Source: Promethearchaeota archaeon (GTDB lineage Archaea; Asgardarchaeota; Odinarchaeia; Odinarchaeales; JBHLKK01). From it: a DNA stretch of 32,742 nt. Under the pieces are notes generated by a model. The model did not search any database, had not been told where the DNA came from, and saw only the letters and a list, made by a program, of their open reading frames with translations. Positions 7,863-15,922 of this stretch are shown piece after piece. The stretch's first letter is position 1. Every line of letters starts with the position of its first letter. The translations under genes were made by a program, and so were the position numbers. Where the stretch lies: assembly GCA_048939565.1 (NCBI GenBank), contig JBHLPJ010000001.1, forward strand, positions 1 to 32,742, in the 5' to 3' direction.

Positions 7863-9320
7863 ATGATTGAAACATCATTAAATAGGGGATTCTCACTACC
7901 TCTCGCTTTGAATTTCTTATGGAAAAGACTTGCACATTTCTTAGTCGATAAATGTGAGGTTTGCCGAGAAGAAAGACTATTTTCTATTCTAGATGTTTAC
8001 AGCAAGAAAAAGTCCGTTCAACATTCGCGTTGTTCTATATTGGCTTCATTTATCAAACCATTAATTAGCTCATTCTTTTCCCGAATGTCCATCAAAAAAA
8101 GAACTGTTAGACAACTAATCGAAGATCCGCTACTACGCAAGTGCATACTTGGTGTAGTAAAGGGAATTGCACAATTTGGAATAAGACAGCCACAACCCAC
8201 AAGCGTCCCGGTAACAATTGTTTGGAACTTTACCAACAAATGTAATCTGAATTGCCTTCACTGTCATCAAGACTCCTCACCTACATCTTCATATCCAGAG
8301 TTGACGACTTCCCAGGCCTTCAAAGTAGTAGATAATATGGCTAACGCAGGGGTAGCCATACTCACCTTTTCAGGAGGAGAGCCCCTTCTTAGATCAGACA
8401 TCTACGAGGTAATAAGAAGAGCCAAGAAAAATGGTATGTTGTGCACAATCGCTTCAAACGGCATATTGATGACGCGAGAAGTTGCCAAAAAACTGTTAAA
8501 AGCTGGAATTGAAAGAGTAGAGATAGGACTTGATGGTTTCAAATCTGAAACTCATGAGTTCCTGAGAAATGCTTCTGGATGTTTTGAAGCTGCAGTTCAA
8601 GGAATAAGGCACTGTTCTGAAGTTGGATTTGAAGAAATAGCAGCTACCATGACGCTATATAAGAGAAATTTTGGGGAGATTGAAGAAACCATAGATCTCG
8701 CAGAGAAAATAGGTGCAACAAGATTCTATTTGAATAGACTGATAGCTGCCGGCAGAGGTATTAAATCGCAACATCTTGATGTAACACCAAGGGAAAAGGT
8801 GAAAGCTCTCAAAATACTATATGAAAGATTCTGCCAGAGTCTTAGAAATGGTTCAGGAATACAGTGTTATGCCCGCGGAATGCCCTATTACTCTAGATTA
8901 TCTTACGAACGCTCGAAAGGTAGGTTATTCACAGTAAGTGAAGCCTTTTCAGGTCATGAATGGATGTTTAGGAAGAAATTTGGGAATGAAATAGCAAAGA
9001 TTGTTAACAGATTCGCCAGGGGATTTGGAGGATGTTCCGCCGGTTCAACTTACGCCGGATTGACTGCATCAGGGGATCTAATTCCATGCGTTCCAGCTAA
9101 TATTAAATTAGGCAATCTTTTGGATCAAGATTTAGAGGAAATATGGATGCATAACAAGCTACTAAAGTATATCAGGGAAAGAAAGAGGCTTTGGGGGAGC
9201 TGTGGGGAGTGTAAATATAATGGGTTGTGTGGAGGTTGCCGATATACAGCCTTGATTTCCAAAAAAGATTGGCTAGGACCAGATGTTTCATGTCCATTTG
9301 CAAATGAATCTCATACATAA
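7863..9320 (+). CDS. radical SAM enzyme with a C-terminal SPASM (extra 4Fe-4S) domain
   Basis: 485-aa ORF with CNLNCLHC (CxxxCxxC) at about residue 127 and a GGEPLL motif. The Cys-rich C-terminus (CSAGS...CVP...CGECKYNGLCGGCRY...CPF) matches SPASM. The start is uncertain; an alternative Met is at residue 75. Confidence 0.85.
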   Translation: MIETSLNRGFSLPLALNFLWKRLAHFLVDKCEVCREERLFSILDVYSKKKSVQHSRCSILASFIKPLISSFFSRMSIKKRTVRQLIEDPLLRKCILGVVKGIAQFGIRQPQPTSVPVTIVWNFTNKCNLNCLHCHQDSSPTSSYPELTTSQAFKVVDNMANAGVAILTFSGGEPLLRSDIYEVIRRAKKNGMLCTIASNGILMTREVAKKLLKAGIERVEIGLDGFKSETHEFLRNASGCFEAAVQGIRHCSEVGFEEIAATMTLYKRNFGEIEETIDLAEKIGATRFYLNRLIAAGRGIKSQHLDVTPREKVKALKILYERFCQSLRNGSGIQCYARGMPYYSRLSYERSKGRLFTVSEAFSGHEWMFRKKFGNEIAKIVNRFARGFGGCSAGSTYAGLTASGDLIPCVPANIKLGNLLDQDLEEIWMHNKLLKYIRERKRLWGSCGECKYNGLCGGCRYTALISKKDWLGPDVSCPFANESHT

Positions 9321-9423
9321 TAGTCTGAGCATTTCTCTGCTTTCTTCGGATTCTAAATCTTGAACCTAGTATTATGTTCTGTTGTCAGATTTCCTAGAAC
9401 TTATGTTCAAAGGTTTGAATCTT

Positions 9424-10113
9424 CTATATTTGAATGGAATTGAGACTTTCTATTATAAAGCTTGGTTTGACCTTCAGGAATTGTCGTTTGTCATAAGGTC
9501 CTGTTAAGACAGCTATGGTTAGAGCACCTGCCTTCTTTCCAGATCTTATGTCCAAAGGACTATCCCCGAAAACAACACAATCAGAGGGAGTTATTCCTAA
9601 TCGTTTGGCTGCTTCAATTATTATGTCCGGAGCCGGCTTATGTTGTTTTACCTCATATCCCGTGACTACTGTGTCAAACAGTTCAACGAGATTGAAGCGC
9701 CTAAGCTCTTCCAAAGCAAATTTCCTGTACTTCGTTGTTGTTAGACCAAGCTTAAAATCGTGTTTCTTCAGTTTTCGAAGAAGACTATCAGCACCTGAAT
9801 GAAGCTTTGTGGATTTCAGCCCATAAATCGAGTAATAATCCCTGTACTCCAAGACATATTGCCGGATTTCTTTATCTGACAAAACTGGAATAAGAATGCC
9901 AAATATCTGTTCAAGTGGCATTCCAATAGCTGTGGCTATCTTGTCACTATCGTAATGGTGTTCCTTGGAGCTAAGGACTTTTGTAATGGTTTTGAAAATT
10001 GCCTTGGAAGAATCAATCAACGTACCATCTAAATCAAATAGAAATGCTTTGATACGATATTCGAGCGTTTTGACCAAATCGCTTATTCGAAGTTTCATAC
10101 TTCTCTCACTCAA
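9424..10113 (-). CDS. HAD-IA family hydrolase (phosphoglycolate phosphatase-like)
   Basis: 229-aa ORF with motif I FLFDLDGTLIDS, motif II TTTK and motif IV VFGDSPLDI. Confidence 0.85.
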   Translation of the reverse strand: MSERSMKLRISDLVKTLEYRIKAFLFDLDGTLIDSSKAIFKTITKVLSSKEHHYDSDKIATAIGMPLEQIFGILIPVLSDKEIRQYVLEYRDYYSIYGLKSTKLHSGADSLLRKLKKHDFKLGLTTTKYRKFALEELRRFNLVELFDTVVTGYEVKQHKPAPDIIIEAAKRLGITPSDCVVFGDSPLDIRSGKKAGALTIAVLTGPYDKRQFLKVKPSFIIESLNSIQI

Positions 10114-10124
10114 ATAAGTACCGC

Positions 10125-10571
10125 TTATGTATATTTCCTCTTAAGCAGATTTATCCCGTCTTCGACTCCCATAATCTTGATCTGATTGTTAGCTTCAATT
10201 ATTGTTTCTTTGTAGTCCGACATAGGCTCGCTCATTAATGTTTTGCACGGAAATTCTTTGCATTGATAACAAAAGTCTATATTTTTTTCAACGCAACAAC
10301 CTCGAACTGTACAGTCCGACCACCACGACCATCCATCTCCGAAACGACAGCCTCTGCACGGCTCATCTTGGGAGGCCAACCACTTAAGACCTTCTGTAAA
10401 TTCGCTAAAGTTATAGGCATTACATGCATTAGCAATGAACCTCAAGGAATCATACTTTTCAACAAATGCTAGGAGGTTTCTTGTTGCTTTAACCAAAGTT
10501 CCCCTACGGTAATCACAGAGGGCACAATGATACATTCCACAATAAGAAAGATATTTGTATTCTCTTTTCAT
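10125..10571 (-). CDS. DUF3795 Cys-rich protein
   Basis: 148-aa ORF with YCGMYHCALCDY...CRGCR...CTVRGCC...FCYQCKEFPC, the pattern typical of DUF3795. Confidence 0.7.
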   Translation of the reverse strand: MKREYKYLSYCGMYHCALCDYRRGTLVKATRNLLAFVEKYDSLRFIANACNAYNFSEFTEGLKWLASQDEPCRGCRFGDGWSWWSDCTVRGCCVEKNIDFCYQCKEFPCKTLMSEPMSDYKETIIEANNQIKIMGVEDGINLLKRKYT

Positions 10572-10639
10572 AAACTTGACCTCTTAATACGTTGCTTTGT
10601 GGATGACGAGCCTTCGTATTCTCTTCCCAAGATCCGCTC

Positions 10640-11233
10640 TTACCCAGCACCTCTCATCGCTTCCGGAATCTCAAGGCGATCAGCTACCATTTCAGCGATC
10701 TTTCTTCCATAGATAATTTCTAAGAGTTTAAGACCTAAATCCAGAGAACATGAGATTCCACCAGCAGAGATAACATTGTCATCCACAGAAACACGAGAAT
10801 CTACTACCTCACAGGATTGTCCTAATTGCTCTCTATATTCGTGATGAGTGGCAACCCTCTTCCCTTTTAGAATTCCTGCCTTCTCTAGGACAAATGCACC
10901 AGTACATACAGAGCAGACCATATGATTTTTGGCGAAATCCTGTATCTTTTTTAGAAGATTTACATCGTTAATCAATTCAGCTACTCCTTTTCCGCCCGGT
11001 ATTATTAGCAGATCATATCCCTCAAAGCTGTCTACAACCTTGTTGGGCTTCACTAATAGGCCGTTTGCACAGACGATCGACTCCTCAGAAGCTATAAGAT
11101 CAATTTGTATTTCTTTTTCGATAGGTAGCATTCCTTCGTTTTTCATTGTCCGAGTCTTAGCTAATACCTCGAACACACCAATGAAATCTAACTCCTCTAC
11201 ATTCTGAAAAATGTATATTCCGATTCTCTTCAT
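10640..11233 (-). CDS. DJ-1/PfpI family protein
   Basis: 197-aa ORF with a class I glutamine-amidotransferase-like fold. The nucleophile elbow is VCSVCTGAF, preceded by LLIIPGG. Confidence 0.88.
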   Translation of the reverse strand: MKRIGIYIFQNVEELDFIGVFEVLAKTRTMKNEGMLPIEKEIQIDLIASEESIVCANGLLVKPNKVVDSFEGYDLLIIPGGKGVAELINDVNLLKKIQDFAKNHMVCSVCTGAFVLEKAGILKGKRVATHHEYREQLGQSCEVVDSRVSVDDNVISAGGISCSLDLGLKLLEIIYGRKIAEMVADRLEIPEAMRGAG

Positions 11234-11293
11234 TTTAGTGCCCTACGTCGATTCTCAGTTCTTAAAGCATAGAAGTGAAACTCAAGTATGGAT

Positions 11294-11398
11294 TGGTGCG
11301 GTCGCCGGGATTTGAACCCGGGTCGTGGGCGTTCTTCTCCGAAACGAAATCTGCGGATTGGCAGGCCCATGTCCTAAGCCAGACTAGACTACGACCGC
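11294..11398 (-). tRNA. tRNA-Gly(GCC) with a 27-nt canonical (37/38) intron; CCA encoded
   Basis: Hand fold of the reverse complement: GCGGTCG TA GTCT..GGAC A TGGGC CUGCCA[27 nt]C GCCCA CGAC CCGGG UUCAAAU CCCGG CGACCGC A CCA. Confidence 0.85.
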
Positions 11399-11421
11399 TT
11401 AATCTTAGATGATTTTTGTCA

Positions 11422-11437
11422 TTTTTTAAGTTTTTCG
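11422..11437 (-). promoter_or_regulatory. candidate BRE/TATA element CGAAAAACTTAAAAAA upstream of tRNA-Gly(GCC)
   Basis: A variant of the CGATAAAGTTAAA motif. It lies about 25-27 nt upstream of the tRNA 5' end. Confidence 0.4.
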
Positions 11438-11509
11438 AATTTTCAATAGATAAATGTGGCAAAACAATTATATGCCTTTGCCACTTTTGAAATAGATTCT
11501 ATAGAACAG

Positions 11510-11517
11510 TTTTATAA
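11510..11517 (+). promoter_or_regulatory. candidate TATA box TTTTATAA upstream of tRNA-Val
   Basis: About 32 nt upstream of the tRNA-Val 5' end at 11549. Confidence 0.4.
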
Positions 11518-11548
11518 GGAAAGCAAATAGAAGATGGAATGAACGCGG

Positions 11549-11676
11549 GGGCGGGTAGTCTAGTCGGTTATGATGCCGCGTTGACGACGCGGAGCGAGTC
11601 CAGAAAAGACTCACGAAAGTCGAGAGTTCGAAACCCTGGGGTTCTCTCGAGGGAGAAAATCTCTCCCCGCCCACCA
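11549..11676 (+). tRNA. tRNA-Val(GAC) with two non-canonical introns (24 nt in the variable loop, 27 nt in the T-loop); CCA encoded
   Basis: Hand fold: GGGCGGG UA GUCU AGUCGGUUA UGAU G CCGCG UUGACGA CGCGG AG[24 nt]GUC GAGAG UUCGAA[27 nt]U CUCUC CCCGCCC A CCA. The acceptor, anticodon and T stems are all Watson-Crick once the two inserts are removed. Confidence 0.75.
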
Positions 11677-11694
11677 ATTGCTTAGGATCATCCA

Positions 11695-12018
11695 TCAACT
11701 AGCATCAAAACATGCTAGCTGCCTTTGCAGATCTGAGTATTCCATTCTACGTAGGTCAAAAATGTAGTTTTTGTCGTCAATAATCATCTTCAACCTGGCG
11801 GAAAATCGAATCCTCTTGAAGATTTCTTTTGTTAGACTCTTTCTGGACTGTAACTTCAATTTCTTCAAAGAAACAGATCTGATGTCGCACTTCGTGCATT
11901 CTTCAGACAACTTTTTAATTCCCTCAAAGAAAAGTGGATCTGCAATCTCCGCTCCTTCCATTGCTTGAAAGAAATCCAGTAAATTAAGAATCTCCAATAT
12001 GTACTCTATATTTCCCAT
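11695..12018 (-). CDS. hypothetical protein (107 aa) between two tRNA genes
   Basis: An ORF fills the tRNA-Val/tRNA-Ala gap almost exactly. Its composition is similar to neighbouring genes. I recognise no family. Confidence 0.35.
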   Translation of the reverse strand: MGNIEYILEILNLLDFFQAMEGAEIADPLFFEGIKKLSEECTKCDIRSVSLKKLKLQSRKSLTKEIFKRIRFSARLKMIIDDKNYIFDLRRMEYSDLQRQLACFDAS

Positions 12019-12037
12019 TTCACACTCACCAGAAGCT

Positions 12038-12140
12038 TGGTGGACCGGAGGGGATTTGAACCCCTGGCCTACGGGTTGCTGCCGAGCTCAGAAACTCTCC
12101 GCCATGCCAAGGCGGCGATCTTCCGCTGATCTACCGGCCC
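12038..12140 (-). tRNA. tRNA-Ala(GGC) with a 28-nt intron in the variable loop; CCA encoded
   Basis: Hand fold of the reverse complement: GGGCCGG UA GAUC AGCGGAA GAUC G CCGCC UUGGCAU GGCGG AG[28 nt]GCC AGGGG UUCAAAU CCCCU CCGGUCC A CCA. The G3:U70 alanine identity pair is present. Confidence 0.8.
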
Positions 12141-12212
12141 TTATTTAGTCTATTAATCCCATTATCGAAGAAAGGAGACTTCAAATTTAGCCGTATTGAA
12201 CCTTCAGGTTTT

Positions 12213-12401
12213 CTATGTGGTTCGTGTTTTATTAAAAGTTTTGTTTCCCCAATTGTAGCTTCTAATGCGTTTGGATGTTCCAAAACCACATGCTGCGCAG
12301 TATCTCTTTTGAACATGATAGGATCTTCGTCCACACCGTCTACATCTTATGTGGGTTTTTTTTCCGCTCTTCTTTCCAAACGAGGGTGTACCTTTTCCCA
12401 T
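12213..12401 (-). CDS. rpl37e: 50S ribosomal protein L37e
   Basis: [40 protein letters not shown] is a classic L37e zinc ribbon. I place the start at the internal Met (MGKG), not the ORF-track Met. Confidence 0.9.
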   Translation of the reverse strand: MGKGTPSFGKKSGKKTHIRCRRCGRRSYHVQKRYCAACGFGTSKRIRSYNWGNKTFNKTRTT

Positions 12402-12440
12402 AGACACAAAACTCCTCACAATCGGTTACAGAAGCCTTTC

Positions 12441-12680
12441 TTATTTCGTTGGTGGCGGTGAAATTATGATCACATTGTCTCCTCGAACTACTACTGTTCC
12501 CAGTGGTTTCGATTGCTCACTCTCGACTTCAAAAAGCTCCACGGCTTCCTCTAAAATGAGATTCATGTGTTGGTCGAATCCCTTTAGTTTTCCTCGGAGA
12601 CCACGTCCTCCTTTTAGTTTTACAAGGACGCTTTGGTCTATCGATCTTTCCAATAAGTCCAATGGTCTTTGTCCACTCAT
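12441..12680 (-). CDS. Sm-like archaeal protein (LSm/SmAP)
   Basis: 79-aa ORF with Sm1 and Sm2 motifs (VLVKLKGGRGLRGKLKGFDQHMNLIL ... VVVRGDNVIII). The LSm-L37e pairing is conserved in archaea. Confidence 0.9.
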   Translation of the reverse strand: MSGQRPLDLLERSIDQSVLVKLKGGRGLRGKLKGFDQHMNLILEEAVELFEVESEQSKPLGTVVVRGDNVIIISPPPTK

Positions 12681-12785
12681 ATCTCATGTCTCCCAAAGAA
12701 ACAATAAATACGCAAAGAAGATTAGGTGAGACATATTTAAAATTATTGCTGGAAAAGGATATTATAAGACCTTAAGGTGTAGCAA

Positions 12786-13301
12786 ATGAGGGTTAAGAAA
12801 AGGCATCTTCTAAGTTCAAAGGATTTGAGGGGACTAAAGGAGACCCTACTGGGTCTTTCTTTTCATACTGAACACTTGGTCCCCAAGGGTGCCAAGGTTG
12901 AGTTGATTCATTTAGAAGACATCGAATTGTACGCAATCAATGATAGAATTCACCTAGTCAAGAGCAAAGAGATGATGTTTCCTGCGCTGCAGGCTCTTTT
13001 GGAGGGGAGGGCCAAACTTCCTCGCGTAGTCGTCGATATGGGGGCGGTCCCCTACGTTGCTCGTGGAGCAACAATTATGGCCCCGGGAATAGTTGAGACG
13101 AATGAGGATATCAAAATCGGAGATATGGTTGTAATTGTTGATGAAAACCACAAAAGGCCACTGGCTATTGGAATTGCACTTATGAGCGCCTTGGAGATGA
13201 AAACAAGCGAAAGAGGACGCGCAATAGATAATCTTCATCACGTGGGAGACAATATCTGGGATTTTATTAAGACACTTCAAAAAAAGGAAGAAAAGATATA
13301 A
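12786..13301 (+). CDS. PUA-domain RNA-binding protein (COG2016 / Tma20-like)
   Basis: 171-aa ORF with the C-terminal PUA pattern VVVDMGAVPYVARGATIMAPGIV...GDMVVIVDENHKRPLAIG. Confidence 0.8.
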   Translation: MRVKKRHLLSSKDLRGLKETLLGLSFHTEHLVPKGAKVELIHLEDIELYAINDRIHLVKSKEMMFPALQALLEGRAKLPRVVVDMGAVPYVARGATIMAPGIVETNEDIKIGDMVVIVDENHKRPLAIGIALMSALEMKTSERGRAIDNLHHVGDNIWDFIKTLQKKEEKI

Positions 13302-13425
13302 TTACCGATAACTTGCCATAGCCTGACTTGTTTTAGGCTGAACGTTGGCATTACTAAGAATGAGGGTGTGGTAAGTTCTCTTGACCAGGAAAATAAAGCC
13401 AGCGTATTTGGTATTTCCCGGATAA

Positions 13426-13439
13426 CATAAAGCTTAAAA
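13426..13439 (+). promoter_or_regulatory. candidate BRE/TATA element CATAAAGCTTAAAA upstream of sepF
   Basis: A near-copy of the CGATAAAGTTAAA motif, about 60 nt upstream of the sepF start. Confidence 0.35.
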
Positions 13440-13499
13440 TTCGACCATTGTCTAATCTAAAACTAACCTAAAGGTATACAATCACGTTAGGTGATATTA

Positions 13500-13943
13500 T
13501 TGGGAATACTCAAGAAGCTTTTTGGCCGAGGACGTGAAAAGAATAGAACAGGTGACCAAGAAAAAGATATTATCTATGAGGAGCCTGTTGTAGAGGGGGA
13601 GGAATATCTAAAGGAATTGGGCGTATTTGATGAGGAACCCCTAGATGAGCAAAGAATTGGTTTCGAAGAAATTTATATTAAGTCCATCTCTTTGTACGGA
13701 CTTGACGATGTTCCTTCGATTGCCAACGAATTAGAAGAGGGAAATATCTTGGTGTTGAATGTATCTCCTCTTGTGCGTAAAGGAGACTCCGCTACACATG
13801 AACTGAAAAGGACAGTAGATCGGCTTCGTGGACTTTGCAGAAGTCTAAGGGGCGACATAGCACAGTTGGGTGACAACTACATAATTGTGACTCCGTCATT
13901 TGTCCGGATTTGGAGAAGGAAGAAACCAAAGGAAGTCGTATAG
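13500..13943 (+). CDS. sepF: cell division protein SepF (DUF552)
   Basis: The C-terminal core reads IYIKSISLYGLDDVPSIANELEEGNILVLNV...GDIAQLGDNYIIVTP. I prefer the TTG start at 13500, which sits 5 nt after GGTGAT. The ORF track starts at GTG 13491. Confidence 0.8.
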   Translation: MGILKKLFGRGREKNRTGDQEKDIIYEEPVVEGEEYLKELGVFDEEPLDEQRIGFEEIYIKSISLYGLDDVPSIANELEEGNILVLNVSPLVRKGDSATHELKRTVDRLRGLCRSLRGDIAQLGDNYIIVTPSFVRIWRRKKPKEVV

Positions 13944-13951
13944 TTAAATCT

Positions 13952-15859
13952 TCATTTGATACGGATTGTTTCTAGATTCTGTGGAGCTTCTGTTTCTAAA
14001 CGGTAAACCTTGTGAATTGCGCTGGCCAAATTTAAACATTTGGAGCTTTCACCATGACATGTAATGATACTTTCTGGCTTTGGTGAGATTTTTTGAATAA
14101 AATTCATTAGTTGTCTTCTGTCTGAATGGCCAGAGAAACCTTCAATTGTGTGGAGACTAGCATTTACGTTTACGATTTCTGTACGTCCATTTCTAGATCG
14201 CATAGGAATTTCATGCCAACCCTTCTGAATCCTTCGTCCCAGTGTACCTTCCGCTTGATAGCTTACAAAGATCACACTGTTTCTTGAATCTGAGGCCATC
14301 AGCCGGAAATACTCTACCGAAGGGCCACCAGTTAACATTCCTGATGTGGCCATAATCACACAAGGATCCCCTTCCACTATATCGGTTCGTTCATTCATAT
14401 TATCCACTTGCACAAAAAAGTCAGCCAAAAATGGATTATGACCATAGTGAAATATCTTCTCTCGAAGATTGTTGGCAAGATATTCTGGATGAGTCGTATG
14501 AATTGCTGTAGCTTCAGATATCATGCCATCTATGTAAACGGGGACTTCGTTCAGTATGCCTTTTCTCATATATTCCTCGATAACTATTATAAGCTCCTGA
14601 GCCCGCCCTACTGCTAAAACAGGTATTAGAACCTTTCCTCCATTGTTTGTTGTCTCGTTTATAGCATTTACCAGCCGTCGTTCTGATTCTCTTCTCTGCG
14701 GCATGTTATCCTTTGAGCTTCCGTAAGTGCTTTCGATTATTAAAGTCTCAAGGCGGGGGAAGTTGGAGATAGCTTGTTCAAGCAGACGTGTTCTGGCAAA
14801 CTTGAAATCGCCAGTATAGGCGATGTTGTGAAGGCCTTCGCCTACATGCAAGTGCACAATGGCAGAACCTAGGATGTGACCAGCGTTATGCAATGTTAGT
14901 CTAATATCAGGTGCTATGTCGGTGACTTCGCCAAATTCCAAGGGAATCACATGAAGTACTGTTTTTTTGATATCTTTTTGGCTATACGGTAGAAGCTTTC
15001 CCTCTCTTTGAGCAACATCCAGGTAGTCCAATTGGAGTAAAGTCATGAGATTTCGGGTGGCACTAGTACAATACACCGGTCCGTTGTATCCATACTTGAA
15101 TAAGAAAGGAAGAAAACCAGAATGATCGAGGTGAGCATGCGTAATGACCACCGCGTCTAAAGAGTCTATGATAAATTCGGGCACGTCCAAACGCGGAAAA
15201 GCGTGAGCAGATGAGCCTACATTAACACCACAGTCGATTAATACACTGCTTTCAGGTGTTTGGGCAAGCATTGCTGTTCGCCCTACCTCTCTGAAACCCC
15301 CCAATGTAGTCATTCGAATCCAATTCTCTTTAAAAACATGGGGTCTGTGAATCCTTTCACCCATGTTTCGAAGAATCTGCTTTCTTTTTTCTCCTTCATT
15401 TTGAAGAAGATGCCGTATTTGCATAATGGTTTTGGAATTAATGGGAGGGGTTCTTATAACGGAGGGGCGCCATAACGTTGATTTTGTTATATCTTTTAGA
15501 GTTATACCGCTTCTTCCTATGACTAAACCTGGTTTTTTGGCTTCAATTACAACTTCGCCAACGCTCTGATCAAAATAGATTTGGGTTATTTCTGCATCTT
15601 CAGGTACTAATTCCCGTATCTTCTTTTCAGCATCTTCCGGAAGAGTTCTAACAGACGGGTCAGATCTGAGAACGATCCTTTTTCTGATTTGTCTAACAAG
15701 ATTCTTTATTGTCTCGCCATTATCTATTAGAACCAATGGATTCTTCGAGTAGACTGCAATTTCAGGTCCCTCAAATTCGATACTAGAGATCATAGCGTCG
15801 CTTGGCAACTCGCTTGTTATTTGTTGTTTGATTTCACCTAGAACTTCCTTAGGTAACAA
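13952..15859 (-). CDS. fttA: aCPSF1-type beta-CASP ribonuclease (two KH domains, metallo-beta-lactamase and beta-CASP domains; FttA-like termination factor)
   Basis: 635-aa ORF with N-terminal KH repeats (GRSGITLKDI) and the MBL motif THAHLDHSG. The beta-CASP C-terminal part contains SGHSD. Confidence 0.92.
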   Translation of the reverse strand: MLPKEVLGEIKQQITSELPSDAMISSIEFEGPEIAVYSKNPLVLIDNGETIKNLVRQIRKRIVLRSDPSVRTLPEDAEKKIRELVPEDAEITQIYFDQSVGEVVIEAKKPGLVIGRSGITLKDITKSTLWRPSVIRTPPINSKTIMQIRHLLQNEGEKRKQILRNMGERIHRPHVFKENWIRMTTLGGFREVGRTAMLAQTPESSVLIDCGVNVGSSAHAFPRLDVPEFIIDSLDAVVITHAHLDHSGFLPFLFKYGYNGPVYCTSATRNLMTLLQLDYLDVAQREGKLLPYSQKDIKKTVLHVIPLEFGEVTDIAPDIRLTLHNAGHILGSAIVHLHVGEGLHNIAYTGDFKFARTRLLEQAISNFPRLETLIIESTYGSSKDNMPQRRESERRLVNAINETTNNGGKVLIPVLAVGRAQELIIVIEEYMRKGILNEVPVYIDGMISEATAIHTTHPEYLANNLREKIFHYGHNPFLADFFVQVDNMNERTDIVEGDPCVIMATSGMLTGGPSVEYFRLMASDSRNSVIFVSYQAEGTLGRRIQKGWHEIPMRSRNGRTEIVNVNASLHTIEGFSGHSDRRQLMNFIQKISPKPESIITCHGESSKCLNLASAIHKVYRLETEAPQNLETIRIK

Positions 15860-15922
15860 ACTCTTATCTCCTCCTGGAGAATGTAATGCTTAGAAGTTTG
15901 GTAAAGACATGTATAGAGTAAT

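Noticed and set aside
11262-11698. ORFs 11262-11462(-) and 11468-11698(-)
   Set aside because: They overlap tRNA-Gly(GCC) and tRNA-Val respectively. They are read-through of tRNA and spacer sequence.
12131-12334. 67-aa minus-strand ORF
   Set aside because: It overlaps the 5' end of tRNA-Ala and the L37e gene in another frame. The L37e frame is unambiguous.
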